Below are positions 31,545 to 43,412 of a stretch of 64,000 bases of DNA, piece by piece (the first letter of the stretch is position 1; every line of letters starts with the position of its first letter). Made by a program: the position numbers and the translations under genes. Below the pieces are notes generated by a model. It was not told the DNA's origin and did no database searches. It worked only from the letters and a program-made list of their open reading frames with translations. Source of the stretch: an uncultured delta proteobacterium (GTDB taxonomy: Bacteria > Desulfobacterota > Binatia > UBA9968); contig CAVXEP010000012.1 in the NCBI GenBank assembly GCA_963760795.1, forward strand, positions 1 through 64,000, written 5' to 3'.

Positions 31545-32251
31545 GACCGATCGTCGCCCGGCTCACTTGGATGGCGGCGAACGCTTTCGCATAGTTTTCT
31601 TTGTCCTTGAGCGCGCCAACGATTTTGTCGGCTTCCTCACGCGAGCCGTACTTGCCGACGCTGACCCGATACCAGGGTTTGCCGCGGAATTCGACCTCGT
31701 TGACATAGGCGTTGTAGCCTTTATTTTTCAGTCGATCAACCAACTGTTTGGCCGACCGCTCGTCGGGAAATGCGTCCACTTGCGCGCGCCACACTTTACC
31801 CTCAGCATCGATGCTTTCGCTCTTGGCGCTCTCAGCCGCCGGTTCGGGTTTGTCGGCTTTACTTTCCGTCAATTTACGCCGACTGGGTGTCCGGTTTAGC
31901 GACAGCCTTGGTCTCCTTCACTTCGGCGCGGGCGATTTTCTCCGACGGCTTCACGTCCTTGATGGGCTGCTCGGCCTGCGCCTGGGCGTTGCGGGACTTG
32001 GCTAGGGTATCGTAGAAAGTAATTTCATCGTTCTTCGCTGCCGCGCCAGCGGCTGCCCCGGCTGGCTTGACCGGTATCCTTACCAGAGGCTCGTCTTTTT
32101 TAAGAATCTTTCGCTCTTCGAGTTCTTTGCCGACCATCATGCCGATGAGAAATACGACGATGGATGCCAAGGTAAATGTACCGCCCAGGATGATCATCTG
32201 GCCGCGGCTAAGATAGTAACGGCTGTCTTTGCCTCTACGGTTCTCCGCCAT
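31519..32251 (-). CDS. SPOR-domain cell-division protein (FtsN/DedD-like; frameshift ~31875)
   Basis: N-terminal TM, 'EITFYDTL', C-terminal SPOR 'WRAQVDAF...[10 protein letters not shown]...WYRVSVGKY'. Confidence 0.85.
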
Positions 32252-32282
32252 TTCGATTAACCCCTTGCCCTTCACGGACTGG

Positions 32283-33972
32283 TCAAACTTCGGTTTCCGC
32301 CCTTGCGGCCATTTTCATCGGTGCATCGACACCGAGAATCTCCAACCCCCGGCGAATCGTCTTTTGAATATTCGCCAAAAGCAGCAAACGCGCCCGGCTC
32401 AAGTCGATATCGTCGGATACCACCCGGTTGCGGTTGTAGTAACGATGAAACTCGCCGGCGAACTCTAGTAAATAAAATACCATGCGGTGTGGTTCGAGCT
32501 CGCGCACCGACTCCTCCAACACGTCGTTGAACTGAATCATCTTACGGATCAACTCCAGCTCTTCCGGCAAGCTCCAAGCGCTCCACCGGCACCGACTCAA
32601 GCGCGCCCAGGGCAACACCGTTTTTGGCAGCTTGCTCGAAAATACTCGCCACCCGCGCGTGGGCGTACTGCACGTAGAATACTGGATTCTCGCTCGATTG
32701 TTTCTTCGCCAACTCCAGATCGAAGTCGAGATGGCTGTCCGACTTGCGCATGAGGAAGAAAAACCGCGCCGCGTCGCGCCCGACTTCTTGGAGCACGTCT
32801 TCGAGAGCAACGAATTCGCCGGTGCGTTTACCCATGCGCACCGGTTCGCCGCCGCGGGTGAGCTGGACCATCTGGACCAGCACCACCTGCAAAGCATCGG
32901 CGTCGTAACCCAGGCCCTGCATCGCCGCCTTCAAGCGCGGCACATAGCCATGATGATCGGCGCCCCAGACGTTGATCAGTTTGGTAAACTTACGCTCAAA
33001 TTTGTTGCGATGATACGCGATGTCGGCGGCGAAATAAGTCAGCTCGCCGTCGCTCTTGATCACCGTACGATCTTTATCGTCGCCGAATTGGGTCGAGCGA
33101 AACCACTCGGCGCCGTCTTGAGAGTAGAGCAAACCGCAGCTCGCGCAGGCGCGCCATCGACTGCGTCACTTCGTCACGCTCGCGCATCGCCTTCTCGCTG
33201 AAATAAGAGTCGAAGCGGATGCCGAACTCGCCCAGCTGGCCACGGATGGTGTTCGAGCAGCGAATCGCCGCCAACTTGCCGAAAGAACGCCACCGCGCTG
33301 GCCTTGTCCGGCACGCAAATATTTGTCGCCGTCGCGGGCTTTCACCTCGGCGGCGAGCGTCGTTGACGTAGTCGCCCGGGTACCCGCCCTCGGGAAACTC
33401 CGCCGGCTGGCCCAATTGCTCAAGGTAGCGCGCATACAGTGACAAGCCGAGATTCTCCATCTGGTTGCCGGCGTCATTGACGTAATACTCGCGCTCGACG
33501 GTGAAACCGGTGGCTTCGTGCAAGCGCGCCAGGACATCGCCGATCACTGCGACCCGGCCATGACCGACATGGAGCGGCCCGGTCGGATTGACGCTGGCGA
33601 ACTCCACCTGCACTTTGCGCGCCATGGCCGATATCGATCTTGTCATGTTGGCCCGGCGGCGATCTCGCGCAGTCTGGGCAAAGTAAAACTTCGGCGTGAA
33701 CGCGAAATTCAAAAATCCCGGTCCGGCGATCTCTTGGCGCGCCAGCAGGCCGTCGGGATCGTCGATATTTTTTAGGATCGCTTCGGCGATCATGCGCGGG
33801 TTTTTTTTGCGCTCTTCGCCCACAGCATGGCGACGTTCGACGACAAGTCGCCGAACTCGCGCTGCTTCGGCGGCTCAAGATGCAGAGCGGGGAGCTCTGC
33901 GATATTCAGCTCTCCGTCCTTTGCCATCTTCTCGATAGCTTGAGTTAAAAGTTCCCTAAGATGACTTCGCAT
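32283..33972 (-). CDS. argS: Arginine--tRNA ligase (multiple frameshifts)
   Basis: '[10 protein letters not shown]', 'AGPGFLNF', HIGH-like '[12 protein letters not shown]', '[11 protein letters not shown]', 'WGADHHGY', '[12 protein letters not shown]', '[10 protein letters not shown]'. Confidence 0.94.
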
Positions 33973-34321
33973 CGCGCTTCTTAAATCATCCGCCGCCATG
34001 CCGGCCGGCAAATTCACTACCGGCCAGAGGATCCAATTGAAATTTTTTGGGATAAACGATTAACGATGAAGCAATGTAACTGAATGAAATGTCCCGTGCA
34101 AACCGAAATTCCAGCTGCCATCAATTCGTTCCATCATCCAAACAGCCAGACGAAGGTGCCCACCCCAATTATCCTCGGCAGGAAATCCTGTCCCGTAGAG
34201 CGAAGACAGATCGAACATTCCGCCGTAAAAATTGGACCTAACAAAGGCGCCAGGAAGCACCAGCATACACAGAATCCTTCTCGTCACCGAAGCGCGGCTG
34301 CGGCCACAAACCAACCGCGCA

Positions 34322-34853
34322 CTATAGTGCGATCAGCTCCGACACTGAAGTTCGATCAGCTCCGACACTCGAGGAGATAACCATAAGCAGCTGCCAATTC
34401 CTAGTCAGATCTGAGGCCAGCCGCAGCTCTAGTCTCTCCATCGAAAACCAACCCTGCTTCTGCATCAACACCGCGGCCTTCTTGATCAGCTCCATCGCCA
34501 GCTTCATGTTCAAGTCTTCGAGTTCCTTGAAGCGTATACAGCTTCGTCCGGTAACTTTGCCGATTCGGCTTTTGTTCTTCTCCGCAAGGTAGCCGTCCTT
34601 GTCACAGCCACAGATATACAGGCTGACCTAATTCTTCTGGCTGGTTAGACCGACGACGAACCAATCGCCCTCCCGGCCGCTGGCGTACTTGTAGCGGTAC
34701 AGGCCGTAACCGAGCATGCCGTGCATGATATGCGTTTGAATTTCGGCACCGCAGCGCGAATCGCTTTGTGAATCGCGCTTACTATCTTCCGGCGCGGTGC
34801 CGCCAAACTGGCAAGATAATCGCTTGGGTTTTAACCTGCGGGTTAGCGCGCAT
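34322..34853 (-). pseudogene. DUF1801 (YdhG-like) family gene, disrupted
   Basis: Reconstructed 'IHKAIRAAVPK...GMLGYGLYRYKYASGREGDWFVVGLTSQKN*VSLY...GRSCIRFKELEDL'; in-frame TAG at 34628-34630 plus indels. Confidence 0.7.
34330..34369. repeat. 17-bp direct repeat with 6-bp spacer
   Basis: CGATCAGCTCCGACACT at 34330-34346 and 34353-34369. Confidence 0.8.
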
Positions 34854-34882
34854 GGCTTGGTAACCCGTCGAAGGCCTAACCG

Positions 34883-35420
34883 CTAGCGCAATGTCAGAAA
34901 CTTCGCGGGGACATTCTCGACTAAAAACAGAGGCCCGCACTCGTAGAAGCGAACTCCTTCGGCGTGATGCCGCCTGAGCGTCGATGACGAGGATCACCGG
35001 CGCCGTATCATGCCGGCGCGCCACCGACTCGGCCTCCGCCGCCGTGACGCTCAAATGCACATACTGACGGTCGCGCGGTTCGAGGCCACGGCGGAGCATC
35101 GACTCTGCCAGGTCCCGCGCCGCGCCAAAATAAAGCTCGACTGGCGGCTCAGCCAACCTGCCGCCGAGATCGACTGGAAACGAATGACCGTAGGTCGCGC
35201 GAACGTTATCGCCGCGAATCTCGAAACGCTTCTTCGAGCCACCGACGATCAGCGCGCGTATCTGTTCCTCGCTGACATCGTAGAAGCGCTGCCGCACCAG
35301 GTCGACTACATCTTGCCACGGCGCGAAACCCTCGCCGTCGATCGCCAAGGGATAATCCTTGGGTTTGTGACGCAAGAGGAACGTCAAAAAGCGCGACAGT
35401 CGTTCCGGTGCCAGCGCCAC
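34883..35420 (-). CDS. RNA 2'-phosphotransferase (KptA/Tpt1 family; C-terminal frameshift)
   Basis: 'LSRFLTFLLRHKP', 'IDGEGF', 'KKRFE', 'VRATYGHS', 'GLEPRDRQYVHLS', reconstructed 'LFLVENVPAKFL'. Confidence 0.88.
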
Positions 35421-35430
35421 GTTATCCTCG

Positions 35431-36309
35431 CTATGTTTTCGCCCCGGTGATGATGTCGTAAACGTTGCAGGCGATGCCGGTGGCTTCATAACCGTCCTGG
35501 CCGGTGGCCTGGGCGATGGAAAACATCTGGTAGGCCAAGGCGACGAACGGCATCGGCACTTCCATCTCCCGCGCCATGTCGAGGCCGAAACCGACATCCT
35601 TGGGCATCCACGACTTGCGCGGTTTGTACTTCTTGCTGACGATGATCTCCATGATCCGGTCGATGGCGACTGAATCCTGCTGGGAATTTTTCAGGATCGT
35701 GCGAAAGGTGTCTTCGCTGAGACCGCCCTTTTTCAGCCAAGCGCAAGTCTCAGCCAGACTCAAGTGCACCACCGCGGCGAACATCGCCATGGCGTTTTTC
35801 ACCAGCTTGGCGTTGCCCAGCTCACCGACGAAAATGATCTTGTTACCCATCGCCTTGAAGATATCCTGATGCTTGTCGAACACCGCTTTCGATCCCGATA
35901 GCCAAAGCGACAATGTGCCGGCCGCAGCCGCCTCTTCGACCCCGCCCGCTGAACCATCGAGAATTGTCCAGCCCTTTTTCACAAGCTCAGCTTCGACGCC
36001 GACGATGGTCTTCTTGTCGATGCTGCTGAAATCGATCCACGTCTTGGCGCCGCTGGCGGCTTCATGCAGTCCGCCTTTGCCCAAGCCGACGGCTTGCACG
36101 GCTTGATTGTATGGCAACATCGAGCACACCACGTCGCATGACTCCGCCACCGCTTTGGGCGAGTCTTTGAACACCGCGCCCTGGCCTTCCAGGCCTTGGC
36201 ACTGCTCGCGGCGCAGATCGGTGATGATTAGCTTATTGCCGGCCTTGATCAAGTTGGCCGCCATGCCGCTGCCCATGCCCCCGGTGCCGATGAATCCTAG
36301 ATTTGCCAT
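35431..36309 (-). CDS. NAD(P)-dependent oxidoreductase, 3-hydroxyisobutyrate dehydrogenase family
   Basis: 'LGFIGTGGMGSGMAANL', 'GELGNAKLVKNA', 'MPKDVGFGLD'. Confidence 0.88.
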   Translation of the reverse strand: MANLGFIGTGGMGSGMAANLIKAGNKLIITDLRREQCQGLEGQGAVFKDSPKAVAESCDVVCSMLPYNQAVQAVGLGKGGLHEAASGAKTWIDFSSIDKKTIVGVEAELVKKGWTILDGSAGGVEEAAAAGTLSLWLSGSKAVFDKHQDIFKAMGNKIIFVGELGNAKLVKNAMAMFAAVVHLSLAETCAWLKKGGLSEDTFRTILKNSQQDSVAIDRIMEIIVSKKYKPRKSWMPKDVGFGLDMAREMEVPMPFVALAYQMFSIAQATGQDGYEATGIACNVYDIITGAKT

Positions 36310-36342
36310 GTTGCCTCCCGAGAAATTTAGGTGAATTGATAA

Positions 36343-36724
36343 TCAGTCTACCAACCGCACGCCTGCCGGCCATAGAACCAGCACGACCGTCTCGCCAACC
36401 GCCCGCGGCGTATGCACCGACTGGGGATCGAGAAACACCACGTCGCCGGATTCGTACTCACCGGTTTCATCGCCGATCTTGCCCTTGAGCACCAGATAAA
36501 ACTCGCCGCCCAAATGCTCATGCTTCACGAACGCGTCGGGCGAAGCATCGGCCGCGATGCGATAGAGCACCAACTCGCGCTGGCCCTGCCGCGCCAAGCG
36601 CGACATCGCCAGCCCATTGCCGAAGTCGCGCCAACGTCAATCGAGCCAGTGCCGCATCGTCGAGCTGAATCGAGAGAAAATCGTTAAGCGAGCGGCGCAA
36701 TACGCCAGTGCCATTTTCCGCCAC
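36343..36724 (-). CDS. ChrR-like cupin protein (frameshifted)
   Basis: 'FVKHEHLGGEFYLVLKG.I.DETGEYESGD..FLDPQSVHTP'. Confidence 0.7.
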
Positions 36725-36960
36725 GGCGTTTAACTATCACGACTAATCAGTGAACAAAAGACGGGAAGGCTGGCTCGACAAGAGGCAACGCAGGGACAGC
36801 GCTGAAGTTGCAAAGGCGATCGCCAGGGTGCGGTCAAAATACTGCCAAGCATTGCTTCTCTACTGAGTTCTATCAAAGTTGCCGTCGGCGCGTTCGCGCA
36901 TCGGAACTGGGACGCAAAGAAGGTCGGGATTTCTTGGTGGTCCTCGCAAAACTTTTTACG

Positions 36961-38790
36961 TCACGAGCGCAGCCACTCGACGATCCGCTCGACGCAGACT
37001 TCCGGTCTGGCCTCCAACGTGCGCAAGTGGATCTCCGGGGTTTCGGGCGCTTCGTAGTCGCTGTCGATGCCGGTGAAGTTTTTTAGCTCGCCGCGCCGGG
37101 CCTTGGCGTAAAGGCCCTTGACGTCGCGGCGTTCGCATTCCTCCAATGGCGTGTCGACGAATATTTCGACGAACTCGCCGGACTCGAACAAACCGCGCGC
37201 CAGTTCGCGTTCAGCGCGGTAAGGCGAAATGAATGAAACGATGACAATCAACCCCGCGTCCACCAGCAGTTTCGCCACTTCGCCGATGCGCCGAATGTTT
37301 TCGACCCGATCGGCTTCGGTGAAGCCTAAGTCACGGTTGAGACCGTGGCGCACGTTGTCGCCGTCAAGGATGTAAGTGTGCCGGCCGTCGACGTGTAACC
37401 GTTTTTCCAACAAGTTGGCGACGGTCGATTTGCCCGAGCCCGAAAGACCGGTAAACCACAAGCAGCGCGGCTGTTGCTGCTTCAAGCCCGCGCGCGCCGG
37501 CTTGGTCACTTCGAGCGCCTGCCAATGCACATTGACGGCGCGGCGCAGGGCAAAATGAATCACGCCGGCGCAGACGGTCTCATGGGTCAGCTTGTCGATT
37601 AATATGAACGCGCCCAACCGGTGGTTGTCGCGATAGGCGGCATAGGGCACCGGACGGTCGAAGCTGACATTGACGGTGGCGATCTCGTTCAAGCCCAGCG
37701 CTTTGGCCGCGAGGTGAGCACCGCTGTTGATGTCGAGACGATGCTTGATGTCGGTGATGCTCACATTGGCGGACTTGCTGTGAATTTGCCCGGCGTACGC
37801 GCGCCCCGGCAACATCGGATGTTCGCTCATCCAGAGAATCTCCGCCTCGAACTGATCCGCCACTTCGATTGGTCGGTCGGCGGCGGCAATGACATCGCCG
37901 CGGCTGGCGTCTATTTCATTCTCCAGCACCAACGTCACCGAATCGCCGGCATCGGCCTCTGGCAGGGGGCCACCCCAAACCGAGATTTCTTTGACGCTGC
38001 TGACAACCCCTGATGGACTGACACGCACGCGATCGCCGGGTCTAATCGAACCGCTGCCGATGCGTCCGGAGAAGCCGCGAAAATCCAGGTTGGGGCGATT
38101 GACCCACTGCACGGGCATGGTGAATGATTGCGTAGATTGGCGTTCGGCGCTGGGCACCGTTTCCAGCCAGTGCAGCAAACTCTGGCCATGATACCAAGGC
38201 ATCGTCGCTGGGGCTGGTTCAAGAATATTCTGCCCTTCGAGCGCCGACAGCGGGATCGCCGTGATGCTGGTGAACTCTAAATCCTGCGCGAACTGTCGGT
38301 AGGCTGCGTCAATTTCTTCAAACCGGGACTGCGACCAGTCGACCAGATCCATCTTGTTGATCGCCAGGGCGATATGACGGACGCCAAACATCGCCGCGAT
38401 TCGGCTGTGCCGTTTGGTTTGCGTGAGCACGCCTTTGCGCGCATCGATCAACAGCACCGCCGCGTCGGCGGTGGATGCGCCGGTGGCCATGTTGCGCGTG
38501 TATTGCTCGTGACCGGGAGTATCGGCGACGATAAAGCGCCGCTTGGAGGTCGAGAAAAAACGGTAGGCGACATCGATCGTAATGCCTTGCTCGCGCTCGG
38601 CCTGCAAGCCGTCGACGAGCAGCGCAAGATCGAGGCGTTCGCCTTGGGTGCCGAACTTCTTCGAATCGGCCATGAGCGCTTCAAGCTGATCTTCGAAGAT
38701 TAACTTGGTTTCGTACAGCAAGCGGCCGATCAATGTCGATTTGCCGTCGTCGACGCTGCCGCAGGTAATGAAGCGCAGGGTATCCATCAA
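36961..38790 (-). CDS. cysNC: Bifunctional sulfate adenylyltransferase subunit 1 / APS kinase
   Basis: '[19 protein letters not shown]', '[14 protein letters not shown]', C-terminal '[12 protein letters not shown]...[10 protein letters not shown]...[10 protein letters not shown]'. Confidence 0.96.
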   Translation of the reverse strand: MMDTLRFITCGSVDDGKSTLIGRLLYETKLIFEDQLEALMADSKKFGTQGERLDLALLVDGLQAEREQGITIDVAYRFFSTSKRRFIVADTPGHEQYTRNMATGASTADAAVLLIDARKGVLTQTKRHSRIAAMFGVRHIALAINKMDLVDWSQSRFEEIDAAYRQFAQDLEFTSITAIPLSALEGQNILEPAPATMPWYHGQSLLHWLETVPSAERQSTQSFTMPVQWVNRPNLDFRGFSGRIGSGSIRPGDRVRVSPSGVVSSVKEISVWGGPLPEADAGDSVTLVLENEIDASRGDVIAAADRPIEVADQFEAEILWMSEHPMLPGRAYAGQIHSKSANVSITDIKHRLDINSGAHLAAKALGLNEIATVNVSFDRPVPYAAYRDNHRLGAFILIDKLTHETVCAGVIHFALRRAVNVHWQALEVTKPARAGLKQQQPRCLWFTGLSGSGKSTVANLLEKRLHVDGRHTYILDGDNVRHGLNRDLGFTEADRVENIRRIGEVAKLLVDAGLIVIVSFISPYRAERELARGLFESGEFVEIFVDTPLEECERRDVKGLYAKARRGELKNFTGIDSDYEAPETPEIHLRTLEARPEVCVERIVEWLRS

Positions 38791-39686
38791 AAATACCCTT
38801 CCTGTTTTTTTCGCTCCATGGAGCCGGCGCCGTCGTGATCGATGACCCGCCCTTGGCGCTCCGAAGTCGTGGCGCCGAGAGTTTCGGCGACAATTTCTGC
38901 GAGGGTGGCGGCGCTACTTTCGACGGCCGCCGTCAGCGGATAGCAGCCGAGCGTACGAAAACGCACCAAGCGCAGCTCTGGGGCCTCCCCGGGTTCGAGC
39001 GGCAGCCGATGGTCGTCAACCATGATCCATTGGCCGTAGCGTTTGACCACTGGGCGCTGGGCCGCGAAATAGAGCGGCACGATCGGAATCTGCTCGTGCT
39101 CAATGTAGCCCCAGATGTCCGCCTCGGTCCAATTGGATAAGGGAAAAACGCGAATCGATTCGCCGGGATGAATTCGCGTGTTGTAAAGGTTCCACAGTTC
39201 CGGCCGCTGCGCTTTGGGCTCCCAGCGATGGCCCGGTGCCCGAAAGGAAAAAATTCTTTCCTTGGCGCGCGACTTCTCCTCGTCGCGCCGGGCGCCGCCA
39301 AAGGCGACGTCGAAACCGTGCAGATCGAGCGCTTGTTTAAGCGCTTCGGTCTTCATGACATCGGTGTGAAACGCCGACCCATGGGTAAACGGACCGATCC
39401 CTTCGGCAGCACCGCGTGGGTTGGTATAGCGGATCAATCGGCAGCCGACTTCCTCGACAACCCGATCGCGAAACGCGATCATCTCGCGGAACTTCCAGCC
39501 GGTATCGATATGCAGCAGCGGAAACGGCATCGGCCCCGGATAAAAAGCCTTCTGCGCCAACCTTAACATCACCGAGGAGTCCTTGCCGATGGAATAGAGC
39601 ATCACCGGCTTGGCAGCCGTCGCCGCCACCTCGCGGAAGATTTCGATGGATTCTGATTCGAGTTGTGAAAATGTGCCGATGGACAT
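38787..39686 (-). CDS. cysD: Sulfate adenylyltransferase subunit 2
   Basis: '[13 protein letters not shown]', '[15 protein letters not shown]', '[11 protein letters not shown]', '[11 protein letters not shown]'. Confidence 0.97.
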   Translation of the reverse strand: MSIGTFSQLESESIEIFREVAATAAKPVMLYSIGKDSSVMLRLAQKAFYPGPMPFPLLHIDTGWKFREMIAFRDRVVEEVGCRLIRYTNPRGAAEGIGPFTHGSAFHTDVMKTEALKQALDLHGFDVAFGGARRDEEKSRAKERIFSFRAPGHRWEPKAQRPELWNLYNTRIHPGESIRVFPLSNWTEADIWGYIEHEQIPIVPLYFAAQRPVVKRYGQWIMVDDHRLPLEPGEAPELRLVRFRTLGCYPLTAAVESSAATLAEIVAETLGATTSERQGRVIDHDGAGSMERKKQEGYF

Positions 39687-39973
39687 TACGCGTTCGCCGA
39701 TGTTAGTAGTTTTTCATGGTGCGGGTATCGGCATAGACATCACCGAAATTATCACTGAAAACCGCGCCGGATAAATACGCCATTCCGACTCGAAGCGCAA
39801 GGGCCCGTCACTGACATATCGAACAGCAAGTCCAATCTGGCAAAACCATTGGCGCGTCAACCACTTACGCGCCGACTTGGCTCGGCTAAGCAGCCAACGC
39901 GAACCAGAACCGCCCGCCAGCTTGATGGTCGCCGGCGGCGGATCTGATCGAAGTCAATTGTCAGGGACACCTG

Positions 39974-40423
39974 CTAAGCGGCCGCGACTTGTTGCTGCTG
40001 TTCGCGTTCGCGGCGCCGCGCGCGGCGGCCTTTTTTCGCGCCAGCCGATGAGGCTTCAACGCCGGCTTCGTTACCGACCAGCTCGATCAATGCCATCTGT
40101 GCGGCATCGCCATGACGAACCCCCAGCTTGATGATTCTGGTGTAACCGCCTGGGCGATCCTTGAAACGCGGTCCGATGGTATCGAAAAGTTTCTGGAGCA
40201 CGGTTTTGTCGAAGAGGATGCTCGCCGCCTGACGGCGCGCGTGCAAGTCGCCGCGTTTGCCGAGGGTGATGACCCGTTCCACCCAACGGCGCAATTCTTT
40301 AGCCTTGGGGTCGGTGGTTTGAATCTTTTCCTCGCGCAACAGCGCGGTGATCAGATTGCGCATCAAGGCCCAACGATGGCTGGAGTTGCGGCTCAGTTGC
40401 CGGCCGGATTTGAGATGACGCAT
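39974..40423 (-). CDS. rplQ: 50S ribosomal protein L17
   Basis: '[12 protein letters not shown]', '[10 protein letters not shown]'. Confidence 0.97.
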   Translation of the reverse strand: MRHLKSGRQLSRNSSHRWALMRNLITALLREEKIQTTDPKAKELRRWVERVITLGKRGDLHARRQAASILFDKTVLQKLFDTIGPRFKDRPGGYTRIIKLGVRHGDAAQMALIELVGNEAGVEASSAGAKKGRRARRREREQQQQVAAA

Positions 40424-40431
40424 GGTAACGA

Positions 40432-41454
40432 CTACTCCTTGTCAGGACTGCGCTTGCGCGCTTCGACTTCCGCGCGAGATGGAAAGTGATCCACTTTCAT
40501 GCCCAGTTCCAGGCCCATCTCGCGCAGGATTTCCTTGATCTCGTTCAAAGATTTATGGCCAAAGTTTTTCGTCCGCAGCATCTCGTGTTCGCTCTTCTGC
40601 ACCAGCTCGCCGATGTATTTGATATCGGCGTTTTGCAAGCAGTTCTGCGAACGCACCGAGAATTCGAGCTCGTCGACGCTGCGAAACAGGTTCTCGTTGA
40701 GCGGGATCGACGGCCCGTCGTCGCGCTTTTCCGGCCGCGGTTCGTCTTGGAAGTTGACGAAAATGCTCACCTGGTCCTGGAGAATTTTCGCCGCGAAGGC
40801 CATCGCGTCGTCCGGCTTGACGCTGCCGTCGGTGTGGACGTCGAACACTAAGCGATCGTAATCGGTACGCTGGCCGACCCGCGCGTTGGAAACCGTGAAG
40901 TTGACCTTCAGCACCGGCGAAAAAATCGCGTCGATAAAAATCGTGTCCACCGGCGCGCTCTCTTCTTTGTTACGCTCCGCCGGGACATAGCCGCGGCCGA
41001 GCTTGACCAATAATTCCATGTCGAGCCTGCCGTCGCGCGAGAGCGTCGCGATCTTGTGATCGGGATTGAGGATGTCGACCGCCGCCGATCCGCCGATATC
41101 CTTGGCGCTCACGACGCCTGGACCTTTAGCATCGATCTTCAGCGTAGCTTGTTCACCCTCGTTCAGCCGCAGGCGAACTTCTTTTAAGTTTAGAATGATT
41201 TCGGCAACATCCTCAGTGACGCCGGCCACCGTGGAGAATTCGTGCAAAACGCCCTTGATCCGCACCGCGACGATGGAGGCGCCCATGAGCGAGGACAAAA
41301 GAATCCGGCGCACCGAGTTGCCGATGGTTTGGCCGAACCCACGCTCGAACGGCTCCGCTGTAAAACGGCCAAACGTCGCTGTCAGAGTTCGCTCTTCCAC
41401 CTCCAACTGTTTGGGTTTGATCAGCTCCGTCCAATGCTTGTACATTGTCGACAT
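40432..41454 (-). CDS. rpoA: RNA polymerase alpha subunit
   Basis: '[20 protein letters not shown]', '[12 protein letters not shown]'. Confidence 0.98.
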   Translation of the reverse strand: MSTMYKHWTELIKPKQLEVEERTLTATFGRFTAEPFERGFGQTIGNSVRRILLSSLMGASIVAVRIKGVLHEFSTVAGVTEDVAEIILNLKEVRLRLNEGEQATLKIDAKGPGVVSAKDIGGSAAVDILNPDHKIATLSRDGRLDMELLVKLGRGYVPAERNKEESAPVDTIFIDAIFSPVLKVNFTVSNARVGQRTDYDRLVFDVHTDGSVKPDDAMAFAAKILQDQVSIFVNFQDEPRPEKRDDGPSIPLNENLFRSVDELEFSVRSQNCLQNADIKYIGELVQKSEHEMLRTKNFGHKSLNEIKEILREMGLELGMKVDHFPSRAEVEARKRSPDKE

Positions 41455-41476
41455 ATCGTCTCCCAGGATTCGCTGC

Positions 41477-42103
41477 TTATTTCGAATACAATTCTACGAT
41501 CAGTTTTTCGTTGATCGGCATGGTGATATCGCTGCGCGTCGGCAGGATCTTGATGCGCCCGCTGAACGCTTCACGGTCGACTTCGGCCCAATCGGGCACG
41601 CCGCGGCGCTGCGACCCTTCCAACGCCGACATCACCCGGGTGATCTGCCGGCTCGGCTCCTTGACGGCAATCACATCGCCGACACGAACCGTAAATGACG
41701 GAATATTCACCTTCTTGCCATTCACCAATATATGGCCATGGCGCACCAAGGAGCGCGCTTCGGCTCTCGAGCTGGCGAAGCCCACCCGGTAGGTGACATT
41801 GTCGAGCCGCCGTTCCAGCAGCACCAGCAAGGTCTCGCCGGTAATTCCTTTGGTACGCGCCGCTTCGGTGAAGGTGCGGCGGAATTGGTTTTCCAATAGG
41901 CCGTACATGCGCTTCACTTTTTGCTTCTCGCGCAGCTGCAGGCTGTATTCCGAGAACTTCGGCCGACCCTGGCCATGCTGGCCGGGCGGGTAGGTGCGCC
42001 GTTCGATGGCGCACTTGTCGGTATAACAGCGCTCACCTTTGAGAAAGAGCTTAAGATTCTCGCGCCGGCAAAGTCGGCACACGGATTCAATATATCTAGC
42101 CAA
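41477..42103 (-). CDS. rpsD: 30S ribosomal protein S4
   Basis: 'CRLCRRE', 'QLREKQK', 'LERRLDNV'. Confidence 0.98.
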   Translation of the reverse strand: MARYIESVCRLCRRENLKLFLKGERCYTDKCAIERRTYPPGQHGQGRPKFSEYSLQLREKQKVKRMYGLLENQFRRTFTEAARTKGITGETLLVLLERRLDNVTYRVGFASSRAEARSLVRHGHILVNGKKVNIPSFTVRVGDVIAVKEPSRQITRVMSALEGSQRRGVPDWAEVDREAFSGRIKILPTRSDITMPINEKLIVELYSK

Positions 42104-42124
42104 ACCTGCTTCCTCCTATAATGA

Positions 42125-42567
42125 TCAAACCCGCCGGCGTTTAGGCGGGCGGCAACCGTTGTGCGGGATCGGCGTAACGTCTTTGATCAGACTGATGCTG
42201 ATACCCGCAGACTGCAAAGCGCGCAGCGCCGACTCACGTCCTGCGCCGGGGCCCCGGACATAGATCTGGACCGTGCGCAACCCATGATCCATGGCCTTCT
42301 TGGCGGCGCTGTCGGCGGCTTGCTGGGCGGCGAACGGCGTGCCCTTGCGCGAACCTTTGAAACCCATCGCGCCGGCGCTGGACCAGGAAATCACGTTGCC
42401 CTGATAGTCCGAAATCGTCACGATGGTGTTATTGAACGTCGAGTGAATATGCACCACACCCTCGGCGATATTTTTGCGGCCGCGCCGTTTGCGCGCGCCG
42501 CCCGGTCGGCGGCCTTGGCGTCGCCCGCCGGCGCTTCGCTCTTCTTTTCATCCGCAGCATCTGCCAT
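42125..42567 (-). CDS. rpsK: 30S ribosomal protein S11 (frameshift in N-terminal extension)
   Basis: '[10 protein letters not shown]', '[14 protein letters not shown]', '[18 protein letters not shown]'. Confidence 0.96.
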
Positions 42568-42591
42568 GAGTTTCTCCTAAATTATCTATGT

Positions 42592-42972
42592 TTACTTCGT
42601 CGGCGCGGTTTTTTTGCCGGCGACGGTTTTGCGCGGTCCCTTGCGGGTGCGCGCGTTGGTGTGGGTGCGCTGGCCACGCACCGGCAAATTCTTGCGATGG
42701 CGCATGCCGCGATAGGAACCCATATCCAAGTGCCGTTTGATGTTACCGGTCACCTCGCGGCGCAGATCGCCTTCGACTTTGTAACTCTGATCGAGCACCT
42801 GGCGAATCTTAGCGACATCGTCGTCGCTCAAATCGTCACTGCGCAAATCCAGAGAAACTCCCGCCGCGGTTAGAATATCGCGCGATGTGCTGCGACCAAT
42901 GCCGTAGACATAAGTGAGCGCGATTTCCATGCGTTTGGCTCTCGGTAAGTCCACCCCTGCGATACGTGCCAT
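42592..42972 (-). CDS. rpsM: 30S ribosomal protein S13
   Basis: '[10 protein letters not shown]', '[17 protein letters not shown]'. Confidence 0.98.
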   Translation of the reverse strand: MARIAGVDLPRAKRMEIALTYVYGIGRSTSRDILTAAGVSLDLRSDDLSDDDVAKIRQVLDQSYKVEGDLRREVTGNIKRHLDMGSYRGMRHRKNLPVRGQRTHTNARTRKGPRKTVAGKKTAPTK

Positions 42973-43027
42973 AGATCCTCACTTGGTTCGGAATTTCAAA
43001 TTACCGATTGCAAATTTCCCAAAAAAC

Positions 43028-43141
43028 TTAGCCTTGCCGTTGTTTGTGCTTAGTGTTCTCGCACAGCACCCGCACCACGCCCTTACGGCGAATCACCTTG
43101 CATTTGTTGCAAATCTTTTTGACTGACGCTCTAACCTTCAC
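43028..43141 (-). CDS. rpmJ: 50S ribosomal protein L36 (not in ORF track)
   Basis: GTG-start 37 aa [37 protein letters not shown]. Confidence 0.96.
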   Translation of the reverse strand: MKVRASVKKICNKCKVIRRKGVVRVLCENTKHKQRQG

Positions 43142-43155
43142 GGTTTCTCCTCTTG

Positions 43156-43374
43156 CTAGCGCTCGCGGAAGACGATGCGTCCGCGCGCCAAATCGTAGGG
43201 AGACAGCTCGATCTTCACCTTGTCTCCCGGCAGAATTTTGATGTAGTGCATGCGCATTTTCCCCGATATATGGGCTAACACCTTATGATGGTTGTCCAAC
43301 TCCACCCGGAACATGGCGTTGGGCAAGGTCTCTAGCACCGTACCGGTGACTTCGATGGCGTCTTGTTTTGCCAT
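43156..43374 (-). CDS. infA: Translation initiation factor IF-1
   Basis: '[10 protein letters not shown]...HISGKMR...SPYDL'. Confidence 0.98.
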   Translation of the reverse strand: MAKQDAIEVTGTVLETLPNAMFRVELDNHHKVLAHISGKMRMHYIKILPGDKVKIELSPYDLARGRIVFRER

Positions 43375-43412
43375 AGGTAAATCGGGATTCCTTGCTGTCG
43401 TTCTCCTAAACT

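Noticed and set aside
32283-33972. argS as a pseudogene or programmed-frameshift gene
   Set aside because: It is an essential enzyme with all motifs present, and the breaks match the window-wide indel noise.
34060-34314. 84-aa minus-strand ORF upstream of argS
   Set aside because: No recognisable motif or RBS and atypical composition; not supportable as a gene.
34330-34369. Direct repeat as a CRISPR remnant
   Set aside because: Only two 17-bp copies with a 6-bp spacer, and no cas genes.
34628-34630. In-frame TAG as pyrrolysine or other recoding
   Set aside because: The gene also has indels, the site corresponds to Tyr, TAG is used as a normal stop elsewhere in the window, and no pyl genes are present.
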